From positions 124,001-188,000 of IMG/VR virus record IMGVR_UViG_3300028840_008185: a stretch of DNA of 64,000 nucleotides; one strand, 5' to 3'. Position numbers and translations under genes: made by a program. Shown here piece by piece: positions 1-9,016 of the stretch. Under the pieces are notes generated by a model. The model saw nothing but the letters and a program-made list of their open reading frames with translations, was not told the origin of the DNA and made no database searches. Position 1 is the first letter of the stretch. Each line of letters starts with the position of its first letter.

Positions 1-426
1 TACAATATCCCCAATCGCCGGGGCAAGTATGACGGCAACTCCGAGAAACCCCATCACGCAGCCGACAAAAGCATTCTTCGAAAGCTTCTCTCCCCTTCTC
101 CTGGCTATGAAGACAACCAGAAGTAATGGCCAGAGATAGTTGGCAAGAATGGCGTATTGAATTGTGAGACAGAAATAGATGGCCAGGAGAACAAAGATGT
201 CGTAAAAGCCGTTGAGAAGCGCCAGCTTAAAGAACTTGCCCCTATCTACTTGCACTTTTGATTCGCCCTTAGCGAAACCTATGAAGCACAATATAGAGGC
301 TGCGATGCCGTTATACATAGTAGCCACAGCAGCCCAATCTCCGTTCGAACAGACAAGCATCTGTTTTACAAAGGGGCTCGCTGAAGCCCAGACGATAATT
401 ATGAACCAAAAAAGGATGTGAAACAT
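1..426 (-). CDS. EamA/DMT-family membrane transporter (3' end runs off window)
   Basis: Manual translation from ATG at 426: MFHILFWFIIIVWASASPFVKQML...LLNGFYDIFVLLAIYF...YAILANYLWPLLLVVF...GEKLSKNAFVGCVMGFLGVAVIL. Five hydrophobic segments with the W-x-S, Y-L-W-P and (G)EKL...G..LGV..I pattern of one EamA repeat. Not in the ORF track. Confidence 0.75.
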   Translation of the reverse strand, partial: MFHILFWFIIIVWASASPFVKQMLVCSNGDWAAVATMYNGIAASILCFIGFAKGESKVQVDRGKFFKLALLNGFYDIFVLLAIYFCLTIQYAILANYLWPLLLVVFIARRRGEKLSKNAFVGCVMGFLGVAVILAPAIGDIV

Positions 427-742
427 TTCAACTCAGATCCGCACCGATGGGTTAAAGGCCCCGTATGTAATGGCCCAAAAATAACATACCGGCTCTTCCT
501 CCAGAGAGAATTCTCCACCAAGAGCAGGCCCATAAACGAAGTCCTAAACCCCGGCCAGGTCTTCACACGCCTGGATTTTATCTCCACAACAACACCAACT
601 CTCTTTCAAGCTCGCTTCTCAGTGGAAAGGAAATAATCGCCCTGAAAGGAGCACGACATCTATACTTCATATCTGCCCTCTTAAATACCACCTCACTTAC
701 AGACGCCTCAGCTGGATACATGAAAACTGGTTCAATAACCAT
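399..742 (-). CDS. Two micro-ORF family members: 578..742 (MVIEPVF, 54 aa) and 399..587 (MEIKSRR, 62 aa)
   Basis: Coupled overlaps and family N-terminus; 578..742 translated manually. Confidence 0.6.
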
Positions 743-1172
743 ATTTCATTTCATAAGCTCGCTCGCGAGCATCCTCCGCAAGAAACTGCAAATAATCGTT
801 GTACCTTTCCAGCACTTTTTCGTCTGCAAGCTTCTCATCAATCTCGGGCACCACCCTCTTTCCATTACACTCATAACAAGGAACATCATAGAAACCGGAC
901 ATATAGTTTTCTCGATCCTCGTAGCTCCAGTCTCGATCCCATTCATCGCCCGTGATTCCATGCGAGTCGATACTTGGATTCACATGCTTCCCTTTACCCT
1001 CGCAAGTCGGACAGACCTCAAACCTAATGGGAACTCTAACCTCCTCCTCACAATCGCCACCACCGCACTCACAATCCTCACCACAAGGCAGCGTAAGAGT
1101 GGCCATTAGTCTATTTTCATCAATACTATTCCACCATTTACCTTTGAGCGCTGCAAAATCTCTACAGTCCAT
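732..1172 (-). CDS. Hypothetical phage protein with DnaJ-like CxxCxGxG zinc motifs
   Basis: CPTCEGKG and CYECNGKR motifs. Confidence 0.7.
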   Translation of the reverse strand: MDCRDFAALKGKWWNSIDENRLMATLTLPCGEDCECGGGDCEEEVRVPIRFEVCPTCEGKGKHVNPSIDSHGITGDEWDRDWSYEDRENYMSGFYDVPCYECNGKRVVPEIDEKLADEKVLERYNDYLQFLAEDARERAYEMKYGY

Positions 1173-1713
1173 TTTTCTTCTCCCTGATTTCCTCCCGTGC
1201 CAACTCTATTTCATTCTGAGCGTCTTGTAGGGCCCACATCACACAATCTTCGCGTCCCTCTTCAGCATACTCCTCAAGAGCACTGCCAAGTTCCTTGATG
1301 GCATTGCCTACACGCTTGATGAATTCCGTGTCCATGGCATCTCCTTTAGTTCTTTGCCTCTGAAGATATGAATGGGGCCAGTGCGCCGTGTGGCCAAATC
1401 TTTTGCAAGAGCTTCAGCCTCTATATAAGTATCCACAACTTTGTAGAACAGGCCATCACTATGAATTGGGTCGTCGGCGTAAGCAGCAATTACCAAATAC
1501 CTATCATCCATTTTCCTACACCCCTATCCTACAACTCATCCAAAGAAAAGGTGCCAGTGTCATTAACGACTAAAACGCGCTTTCTACAGCCAGAGCAAGT
1601 GGCCCAAAAACAAGCCTCTCTAAACCTTTGCACATAGTCGGGCTCACCCTCGTAAGGCCCCTCAACTTCATCGTGCATACATTCTTCCAACTCTCTTTCT
1701 TCCATCATATCTC

Positions 1714-2520
1714 CTAAGCGAAAATAGCTATGATTTCTTTGACCTCTTTTCTACCACCCGCCTTGGCGGAGATAGACCTCCTAACACTTACCTCTACGAT
1801 ATTAGCGCCCTCGTAAAGCTGCCTGGTAAATTCAGTGTCGTGATTGCTGATTAAAACTGTCGCTCCTCTTTCACAAGCCTTTCTGGCCAGTTCAGCCAAT
1901 TCCTCTTGATCCTCTTTGGAGAACCCAACACCAGAATAGTTCGTAAAGCCGCTTTCATTGAGCGGCACGTAAGGCGGATCGCAATAGATTACATCCCTAT
2001 TGTTGGCTCGCCTCAAAGCCAGCTTGTAGTCATCATACATATCCACTTGATTCCCCATCAGTTTGTCGTGGAAATCCCCAAGCTCTTTCTCTGGAAAATA
2101 GATTGTTTTGTATTTCCCAAAGGGGACGTTGAACTCACCCCTTTTGTTCAGACGAAATAAGCCGTTAAAGCAGTGGCGGTTAAGATAGATAAATAGAACT
2201 GCTTTCCTGTAGCCCCAATCAAGACTATTAAATTCGTTCCTAAGCCTGTAGTATCTCTCAGGATCATTGCCGTTGTTAAAAAGAATTTGAGCTGCCTTTA
2301 TGAAGTGGCTGCCATAAACCTCAAGATACTTAAACACTGCTATAGTATTACAATCGGCTATAACATATCGCGAGAAGTTAGTGTTGAGAAACACAACTCC
2401 AGAGCCCGCAAAGGGCTCGATAAACTTCGTCCTTCTGTGTGTAGGGAAAAGAGGGATAAGTTCATCGAGCAGACGATACTTCCCGCCTGGCCACTTAAGA
2501 AACGGCTTCTTGTATTTCAT
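1714..2520 (-). CDS. dam: DNA adenine methyltransferase (Dam / D12 class)
   Basis: FLKWPGGK, IEPFAGSG (SAM binding), YLNRHCFNGL.R.N..G.FNVPFG, DPPY catalytic motif, ISNHD, RRSIS. Confidence 0.95.
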   Translation of the reverse strand: MKYKKPFLKWPGGKYRLLDELIPLFPTHRRTKFIEPFAGSGVVFLNTNFSRYVIADCNTIAVFKYLEVYGSHFIKAAQILFNNGNDPERYYRLRNEFNSLDWGYRKAVLFIYLNRHCFNGLFRLNKRGEFNVPFGKYKTIYFPEKELGDFHDKLMGNQVDMYDDYKLALRRANNRDVIYCDPPYVPLNESGFTNYSGVGFSKEDQEELAELARKACERGATVLISNHDTEFTRQLYEGANIVEVSVRRSISAKAGGRKEVKEIIAIFA

Positions 2521-2648
2521 TTTCTCTATTCCTCAACCCAACCGAAAGCAGGATTTTAATAAGGGCCGCTTTTTCTTCGGCACTCAAATCACCCCTAAAA
2601 GAACTGCGGAATTTTAGTAGCTTATCATACAAAAGATCGAGTTCGATA

Positions 2649-3254
2649 TTATCCATAGAGTTCACAACAATCCTCAACTGCGGCTTCGATGCCACAAGTA
2701 TAGTCTTCATGGCAAACATCAATACCGTAAAGGGCGTGATTTAGAATCATAACCTCTATGGCTCTCATCGATGCAATATATCTATCGTCCTCTTCCAGCG
2801 GCGTATCATCTGTAAGATCACTCTGAAGAATTCTGCCGTATCCCCCAGTTCGATTAATCAACAGTTGGATCCCAAAGCAAGGTAGGGCGATAATGTCGCC
2901 AGCCCCAATCTCAATCCTTCCATCTGGCAATACCTCTTCAATAGGCTCTTTTTCTGCTGGAATCATTTGATATTCCACGTAAGGCGGCGGCTCTTTATGC
3001 TCGGTCACTTTATACTTCGCGTATGGTGGAGACACCTGAGTTTCCCAGGGCTTAAAGAAAATGGCTTCATATAGGGCCTCTTTAAGAAGTTTCCTTGCGT
3101 CGTCGCAATTGTCTGGATCAAATGTGATTATGGCCTCGTAATGCCTGATTTTCTTAGCAAGATCGTCAGAACTATCCTCAGCCCACTGCTTTCCTAAAGG
3201 TGGAAGTACTCCTCTAAGATTGTCTATGTTATGCTCCAAAATGTCCTGGTTCAT
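2649..3254 (-). CDS. Hypothetical protein
   Basis: 201 aa ORF with GGAGG RBS, coupled to neighbours. Confidence 0.7.
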   Translation of the reverse strand: MNQDILEHNIDNLRGVLPPLGKQWAEDSSDDLAKKIRHYEAIITFDPDNCDDARKLLKEALYEAIFFKPWETQVSPPYAKYKVTEHKEPPPYVEYQMIPAEKEPIEEVLPDGRIEIGAGDIIALPCFGIQLLINRTGGYGRILQSDLTDDTPLEEDDRYIASMRAIEVMILNHALYGIDVCHEDYTCGIEAAVEDCCELYG

Positions 3255-3610
3255 TTCCTCCTCCTCGATTTAAGCGCCTTGATTGCCTTCATAAGACGTA
3301 TTTCTCGAACATTAAACCTAATGATTTTCTCATATATTTTGCGCAGTCTTTTGTTGAAACCTGGATAGATGATGTTGCCGTTGATGTATACGAACCCAGC
3401 CTCATCAATATCAATTGCTACTTTATTCACTGTCAATGTAATTCTAGGAGTGCAGGAGCCACAGAACCTTTTTGTTTTCCAATCTGCTTTCGGGATCTTC
3501 TCCAACTCTGTAATAAGCTCACCAAGAAGACTGCTTTTAGAATTGGCAGGAATACTGTAGCTCGTCAAAGCTAAAACCAAAACTAAGAAAACCGCATGTT
3601 TTATAGACAC
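3251..3610 (-). CDS. Hypothetical protein with signal peptide
   Basis: Hydrophobic N-terminus ending in PANS. Confidence 0.6.
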   Translation of the reverse strand: MSIKHAVFLVLVLALTSYSIPANSKSSLLGELITELEKIPKADWKTKRFCGSCTPRITLTVNKVAIDIDEAGFVYINGNIIYPGFNKRLRKIYEKIIRFNVREIRLMKAIKALKSRRRK

Positions 3611-3613
3611 TCA

Positions 3614-4192
3614 TCACCTCGTAAATATCTGGACAAAGAGAGCTTCGCGCTCGCTGATGCTCTTCTCTTCACCAACCTCTGGATACATTAGCTCCTCCTC
3701 TTGATCAGAGTGCCAATGACCCAGAAGTACATGGCCAATCTCGTGAAGAATTACGGTTTTGAACAATCTCTTTTCGACTATAAATATATCCCCAGAGGCT
3801 ATGATTGCAACACCTAACACATCTGGATCCTCTCTGTATTTCGCCACTGCCCTCTCCCAACTCCAGACAGATTGGGCATTGTAGATTGTGGATATACCAT
3901 CCTTTTTCCAATCAATTACTTCAGAGAAAGGGACATCATCCACAAAACTGTTCAGTTTTACGTAGCCATTTGTGGAGATTTCCCATTCTTTAAGGGCGCG
4001 TTGAATCAGGAAAATCTCCTGAGTAGAAAAAGAACTGTCAATTCGAAATTCCACCACCCTTCTTGTTAATAGCCAACTGGCCTGCTGCTTGCTAGATGCC
4101 CTAATACCAACAACCATCAGCATAACCAACATGCAGGAAAACAAAATAGAAAGCGCTACTACAGCCTCGCGAAAGCGCATAATGTCAAACAT
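3614..4192 (-). CDS. Matrixin/M10-like (metzincin) zinc metallopeptidase, N-terminally anchored
   Basis: HEIGHVLLGHWHS zinc motif followed by LMYP Met-turn; N-terminal TM segment. Confidence 0.85.
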   Translation of the reverse strand: MFDIMRFREAVVALSILFSCMLVMLMVVGIRASSKQQASWLLTRRVVEFRIDSSFSTQEIFLIQRALKEWEISTNGYVKLNSFVDDVPFSEVIDWKKDGISTIYNAQSVWSWERAVAKYREDPDVLGVAIIASGDIFIVEKRLFKTVILHEIGHVLLGHWHSDQEEELMYPEVGEEKSISEREALFVQIFTR

Positions 4193-4363
4193 CCTTTAAT
4201 CACAAGACCAGTGCCCATAACAAGCATACCAATGATCATGATTTTTTCGTATAGCTTAAGAGACTTCCAGGTGTCTCTAAGAGCCTTTGTTTTTCCCTTT
4301 AGTTCTTTCCTACGCTCTGCTTGTCGCTCCTCTAGTTTTTTGAGGAGTCCGAACCAGTCCATT

Positions 4364-5821
4364 CTATTCCCTCGCACCCACAAAGGGGAAGATCTCCTCA
4401 AGCCGGTCATAAATCCTATAACCATAGGCGTCAAAATCCACAAGCTCTTTGTCGCTACAGAAAGAAGATGGCCCGGCTTTCCCGGTAACCAAATCAATAT
4501 ACATGCTGAAAGCTCCCTCAGTTCTATGAACGAAGAGATCATTGACCCCAGCAGCTTTCAACTCATCGCGGAACTCACTGGCCAGAGGAGTATCAATAGA
4601 GATACTAGGGCACTTGTTCTCCTCTCTGAGGCGCACAATAATATCTACCCAATCCTTATAATCTGTGGGCTTGAAGAAAGAGCCCCTTCCAGTGTCTTTA
4701 TATCCAAGCAGAACGATAGTGCGACCACAATTATGCGCCTTCTCCAGAAGTGGCCCCAGTCTTGAGGAAGTGCCTAGAACGTGATGGAGCACTGGCCTTC
4801 TCCAAATGTTTTGAGGCTTATACACTCGCACAAGGGCGTCGAAATAACTAATGTCTTCTGGGCTGGTCACCGAATAGGCGAAGGTGCCCATGGCCTTGAA
4901 TATTCTTTCTCTGTTCTCGTCGTTCTTTTCCATCCACTTAAGCGTGCCCGTGGAAAAGCTGGGCACGATTCCATGCTCACGAAAATCCTCAAGAATATCT
5001 GCGAATCTGGGATGGTCGGTTGGTTCGCCACCACCAATAGCCACTTCAAATACTTTCATATCGCTAAGGGCTTTTAGAAATGAATACATACTCCCAGAAC
5101 CACAGGGCCGCGAATAACTAGCAGACCTCCCCCAATCTGCGTGCTTGCCGAATGGAGAAGAGTTTTGGTAGCAGTAGTTACATCCCTTTTCACAGAAGTC
5201 GGTGATCTTAATGTCGATTAGTTCAGGAGTAGTAGAACAGTCTGGCCTAGCTCGTCTCGTTCCATCTTCAGCAAAACTAAACCTGATCTTTGAGCCGCTT
5301 CCACGGTTGTAGAGCGTCCAAAATCCCTGTGGATCCTTCTTGGACACCCATTCACTAGAGCCCTCATCCATGGGCATCGGAAGATTGAAAGCGCTGCCGT
5401 CGGCCAGTGGATGGCCGTCTTCATTGTCATTGCCGCCGAGAATTACCAGATCTTCCCTGGTCATAAACTCCGTGAATTCTTTGACGAATTCATAGTCCAG
5501 ACCCTTGCCACTCCAATTATACGGCAGCGTATATAGACTTTGGTGGTCAATGTGTCCATTTTCTATCGCCTGAACAGCTACATCGCCCAGAAGACCCTTA
5601 GCCACCAAACAAGCCGTCTCATGATCCACCACTTCTCTGAGGGCAGAAGCAATCTGTAGAGCTACGTATCCCCTTTTGGCCGTATCAGAGGCGGCCATAA
5701 AGTTGTTCCAGCCAAAATCGAAGTCTTCAACATCAGAATCCACGGCATTGGCCAGAAAAATTAGCGAGTGCGCAGAACTGCTATTTGTGGCAAATCCCAA
5801 ACGAACATTGTGAAGAATCAT
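4364..5821 (-). CDS. Radical SAM protein with N-terminal RxGFxTNSSS domain
   Basis: CEKGCNYC (CxxxCxxC) and IGGGEPT; N-terminus RLGFATNSSSAHS. Confidence 0.9.
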   Translation of the reverse strand: MILHNVRLGFATNSSSAHSLIFLANAVDSDVEDFDFGWNNFMAASDTAKRGYVALQIASALREVVDHETACLVAKGLLGDVAVQAIENGHIDHQSLYTLPYNWSGKGLDYEFVKEFTEFMTREDLVILGGNDNEDGHPLADGSAFNLPMPMDEGSSEWVSKKDPQGFWTLYNRGSGSKIRFSFAEDGTRRARPDCSTTPELIDIKITDFCEKGCNYCYQNSSPFGKHADWGRSASYSRPCGSGSMYSFLKALSDMKVFEVAIGGGEPTDHPRFADILEDFREHGIVPSFSTGTLKWMEKNDENRERIFKAMGTFAYSVTSPEDISYFDALVRVYKPQNIWRRPVLHHVLGTSSRLGPLLEKAHNCGRTIVLLGYKDTGRGSFFKPTDYKDWVDIIVRLREENKCPSISIDTPLASEFRDELKAAGVNDLFVHRTEGAFSMYIDLVTGKAGPSSFCSDKELVDFDAYGYRIYDRLEEIFPFVGARE

Positions 5822-7422
5822 TATTCCTCCGTGGTTACATCGCTGCGGTTTATGATTTGCGCGAAAGCGTGAAGCTTTCTATCACTTCCACCATCGAGTT
5901 CGTTAATTATAGCATCCACTTGGCCAGCGTGACAATCATCTTCAAGCTCAAGATATTCTGCCAGTTCGCAGACCAGAGTGAAATCGTCCTCCAAAAACTC
6001 TGCCCGCAAAAAATCTAGCATCTCGCCCCAACGATTCCAGGTGCTTTCGTTGTAATAGAACTTACGAACATTGGCGACAGTGACCTCTGCCTCGCCCCCA
6101 AAAATCCTAACGAACTCGCGCACACCGCAATCTGGAACAGCATACGAACCTGCCAAAAATCTTGCGCTCAACTTTTTAGCCATCTTTCTCTCCAAGGAGC
6201 GCGGAGAGGGATTTGAACCCCCGACATCGAAAAGCTCTGCCAGCCTGAGCTACCCGCGCAAAAAGGCCCCCTGGAGAACCAGGGGGCATTAAAAACTCTT
6301 ACGACTACTGCTGAAGATCAAGCCACTTCTCAATCACCAGCACAACAGTGGGCGCAGACTCGGTGATAGGCATTGTTTCTAGCTTATCTCGAATCTCATC
6401 AACAACATCGGTGTTATCGCGGCATCTTTCACAGAACGTAATACCCAAGCTCTCAGCAAGCTCATCCTCATCGAGTTCATAGAGAGCATCGCAATTTCCC
6501 ATCTCTTCCAGAATGTCGTACACAGACATGCCCGACTTGTTCATGAAGGTTCTTAGCGTCTGCTCGTTCAACTCCACAACATCATTGCCAAATGCCTTGG
6601 CAAAAGTCTCAAGCAGGCAGGGATAGGATTCGCAGAAATCCGATCCTAACAAAACCAAATCCTTAAGTGAGGTTTTCATATTATTCCTCCTCCCCGTCTT
6701 CAAGCTGCTTCATCATATCCCCAACAAACATCGCCAGAAGCTGGTCTTTGGTTCGATTATTGGTCAGCTTGGTCGCAACCGCAGGCTTTAGATCGCCACG
6801 AGCAACGCAGTTCTCGCAGAACTCCAGTTTGAAATGCCCAGCAAGCTCTGTGATCTGCTCATCAGTGAGCTTGTTTGTGACCATGCGGGCGAGTTGCTCC
6901 TTATTGTAATCAGCACCAACCACCTTCCCGAGGTTCTGTGGAGTCGCCTCCATCTCGTTGCCAAATTCCCTAGCAAATTGCTTAGCTCGGTCACCCGCGC
7001 CAAAAGCTTTGATAAAGTTGGCCAAGGTAATAGTTTCCATTTTAGCCCTCCATAGCCTTCAGCGTAGCCTTGAGCGTCTCAAGATACGCCGTGTTTCTCT
7101 TCTTCTGTGGGGAGAGATACGATAGAGCCTGGGCAGTATCATCAAGGATGTCATGATGATAGTCGTCAAAGCAGCATTCACAGAAAGGAACCTCTAAGCG
7201 CTCTGCGAGCGCCTTGAAAGCATCCTCATCATGCTGGCTAAGCTTCTCCAACAAAATACCAGCAACATCCCCACCATCAAAGGTGTCCAGCAGTTTGGTC
7301 ATACCTGCGTCGGTAAGCGGAAGCTCATCACCGATCTGCTCGGCAAAATCCATGAGAGCACTGCCGCAAACGTCGTGCTCAAACTTCAAAACAACATCCG
7401 ACAACTTAAGCACTTCAGCCAT
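5821..7422 (-). CDS. Four tandem paralogous acidic ~120 aa proteins (5821..6183, 6305..6679, 6681..7040, 7042..7422)
   Basis: Shared F..(A/E/I)FG.E.E.T..N segment and LA(E/G).(L/F)..(F)CE.C motif: LAESLGITFCERC, LAGHFKLEFCENC, LAERLEVPFCECC, LAEYLELEDDC. Confidence 0.75.
6196..6259 (-). ncRNA. tRNA-like RNA lacking an anticodon arm (64 nt)
   Basis: Acceptor GCGCGGG/TCCGCGC, D-arm GCTC-AGGCTGGCA-GAGC, T-arm GGGGG-TTCAAAT-CCCTC. Only TTTTCGATGTC lies between the D- and T-arms. Confidence 0.75.
6260..6287 (-). terminator. Intrinsic terminator
   Basis: GCCCCCTGG-TTCT-CCAGGGGGC followed by CTTTTT on the minus strand. Confidence 0.8.
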
Positions 7423-8465
7423 TTCCTCCTCCTTTTGAAAGATTAATCTTTCTTCTCAATTCGGTCAAGAGTTTGTTGATTTGCTCGTCTAATAATTTAA
7501 ACCTCAAAATGTATCTATCAGCCCGACCCTCCTTTTTTGGAGTTTCCTTTTTAGTCTTTCTAATCAATGATCCTATTGTTTGGTGAGCACTCACCTCTTC
7601 CACTTGGACATAATAGCGTCTTTTCTTCATCGTCTAACGAAAACAAAAGAGAAGACGGCAATAAGACAGAATACCAAACCCAAAACAGCTCTCATTAATT
7701 CAACTCCTTTTCTTCTTTTGGATTGAGGCCAGAGCAATAGTCGCCCGTGGCCGTCATTGATCCCTCCTTTAATCGTTGATCGATTGCCGCCTTGATTTCT
7801 GGAGAATCCTTGGCGCACATCCAGCCACCAGAGCCAGCCGTCAAATAGGCACACGCTCCCTTATTTCCCCCGAGACAAACCGCTTTCACATGCTCCTTTG
7901 GGATATTATCACTCACTCAACACCTCAAATCTTATTGTGTTATGCGACACGCCATAAGCATAGATACATTTGACTGGCGAGTAGCTAATACAAAGTTCTT
8001 CTTTTCGCAGCCCAATCATATACATTCCATCTTCTTCGCATCGCCACAGGCCAAAGCTAGGATGGAAGTCATCTTCAGCTAGTTCTTTGCGCATCCGATC
8101 CTTGTTCATCAACCCTCCTCACCTCTATTTCTGGTGGCTTTTCAAGAGATTTCTTGAGCCTCCACATAGTATAGCCGGGTATATATCTCCCAACCCTATT
8201 GGCTATATTGACAAAAAGATATTTGAAAGAATAGCGGCGCTCGTTGCCCATGAAATAACCTAACTGTCCGTCATCGCCAAAGGGCAGCGACATCACCTTT
8301 ACCGTCACATATTCTCTGGAAAACAGCTTGTCGCGGACGTTGAGAAGCAGGTTCTTGAAACTTCTTTCTTGCTTCTTGATACGACCCATGGGTTTACCAG
8401 CATCCCAATCAGTTATTTCAATCTCCTCCCCACCATACCGGCGAGCAATTTCTTCATTCGGTCGC

Positions 8466-8825
8466 TCAAATATAGAAAGCAAATTCTTCTTCCAGGCTTT
8501 CATCTTCATTTTTGCTTTGAACTTCATCACCCTGACGCTCATATTCTTCGTCTCCTGGCCTGACCACAGAATCAATCAGATACATATTTTTGCCGTTCTT
8601 CCAGAGAACAGACTCTCTCATGACCCTAAGTGCAGCTCGTCTTTCACTAACCACCCAAACTTCAAGCTCGCCACATATCTTGATGCGCTCGGCAAAAGGA
8701 GAATCGTATAGCAAAACCTTAGACTTGGGGTCTGCTACGCTAACAAACTCAAGCAGCCCGATCATTCGGCTCGCCTCCTGATATAGATCCCGTTCATTTC
8801 TCCATTCTTCATGTAGCAACTGCAC
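8466..8825 (-). CDS. Hypothetical protein
   Basis: 119 aa ORF with acidic tail; start uncertain. Confidence 0.5.
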   Translation of the reverse strand: MQLLHEEWRNERDLYQEASRMIGLLEFVSVADPKSKVLLYDSPFAERIKICGELEVWVVSERRAALRVMRESVLWKNGKNMYLIDSVVRPGDEEYERQGDEVQSKNEDESLEEEFAFYI

Positions 8826-9016
8826 CTGATTACGTGCCTCTTATTTTTGCTCCCCCAATGATCATATTCGCCCGCTACACATCTATTCTTCCAGACAGCC
8901 ACACACCCGGAAGTACATCTCTGGTCGTAGGATTTGTAGTCATTCAGCCCGCAGAATCCACAACTTCCCAGAACCACGGAAAGAACCAGTATGATTAGTA
9001 TGCTTGAGTATTTCAT
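8762..9016 (-). CDS. Cys-rich putative lipoprotein
   Basis: Lipobox-like VLGSC followed by several Cys. Confidence 0.6.
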   Translation of the reverse strand: MKYSSILIILVLSVVLGSCGFCGLNDYKSYDQRCTSGCVAVWKNRCVAGEYDHWGSKNKRHVIRCSCYMKNGEMNGIYIRRRAE

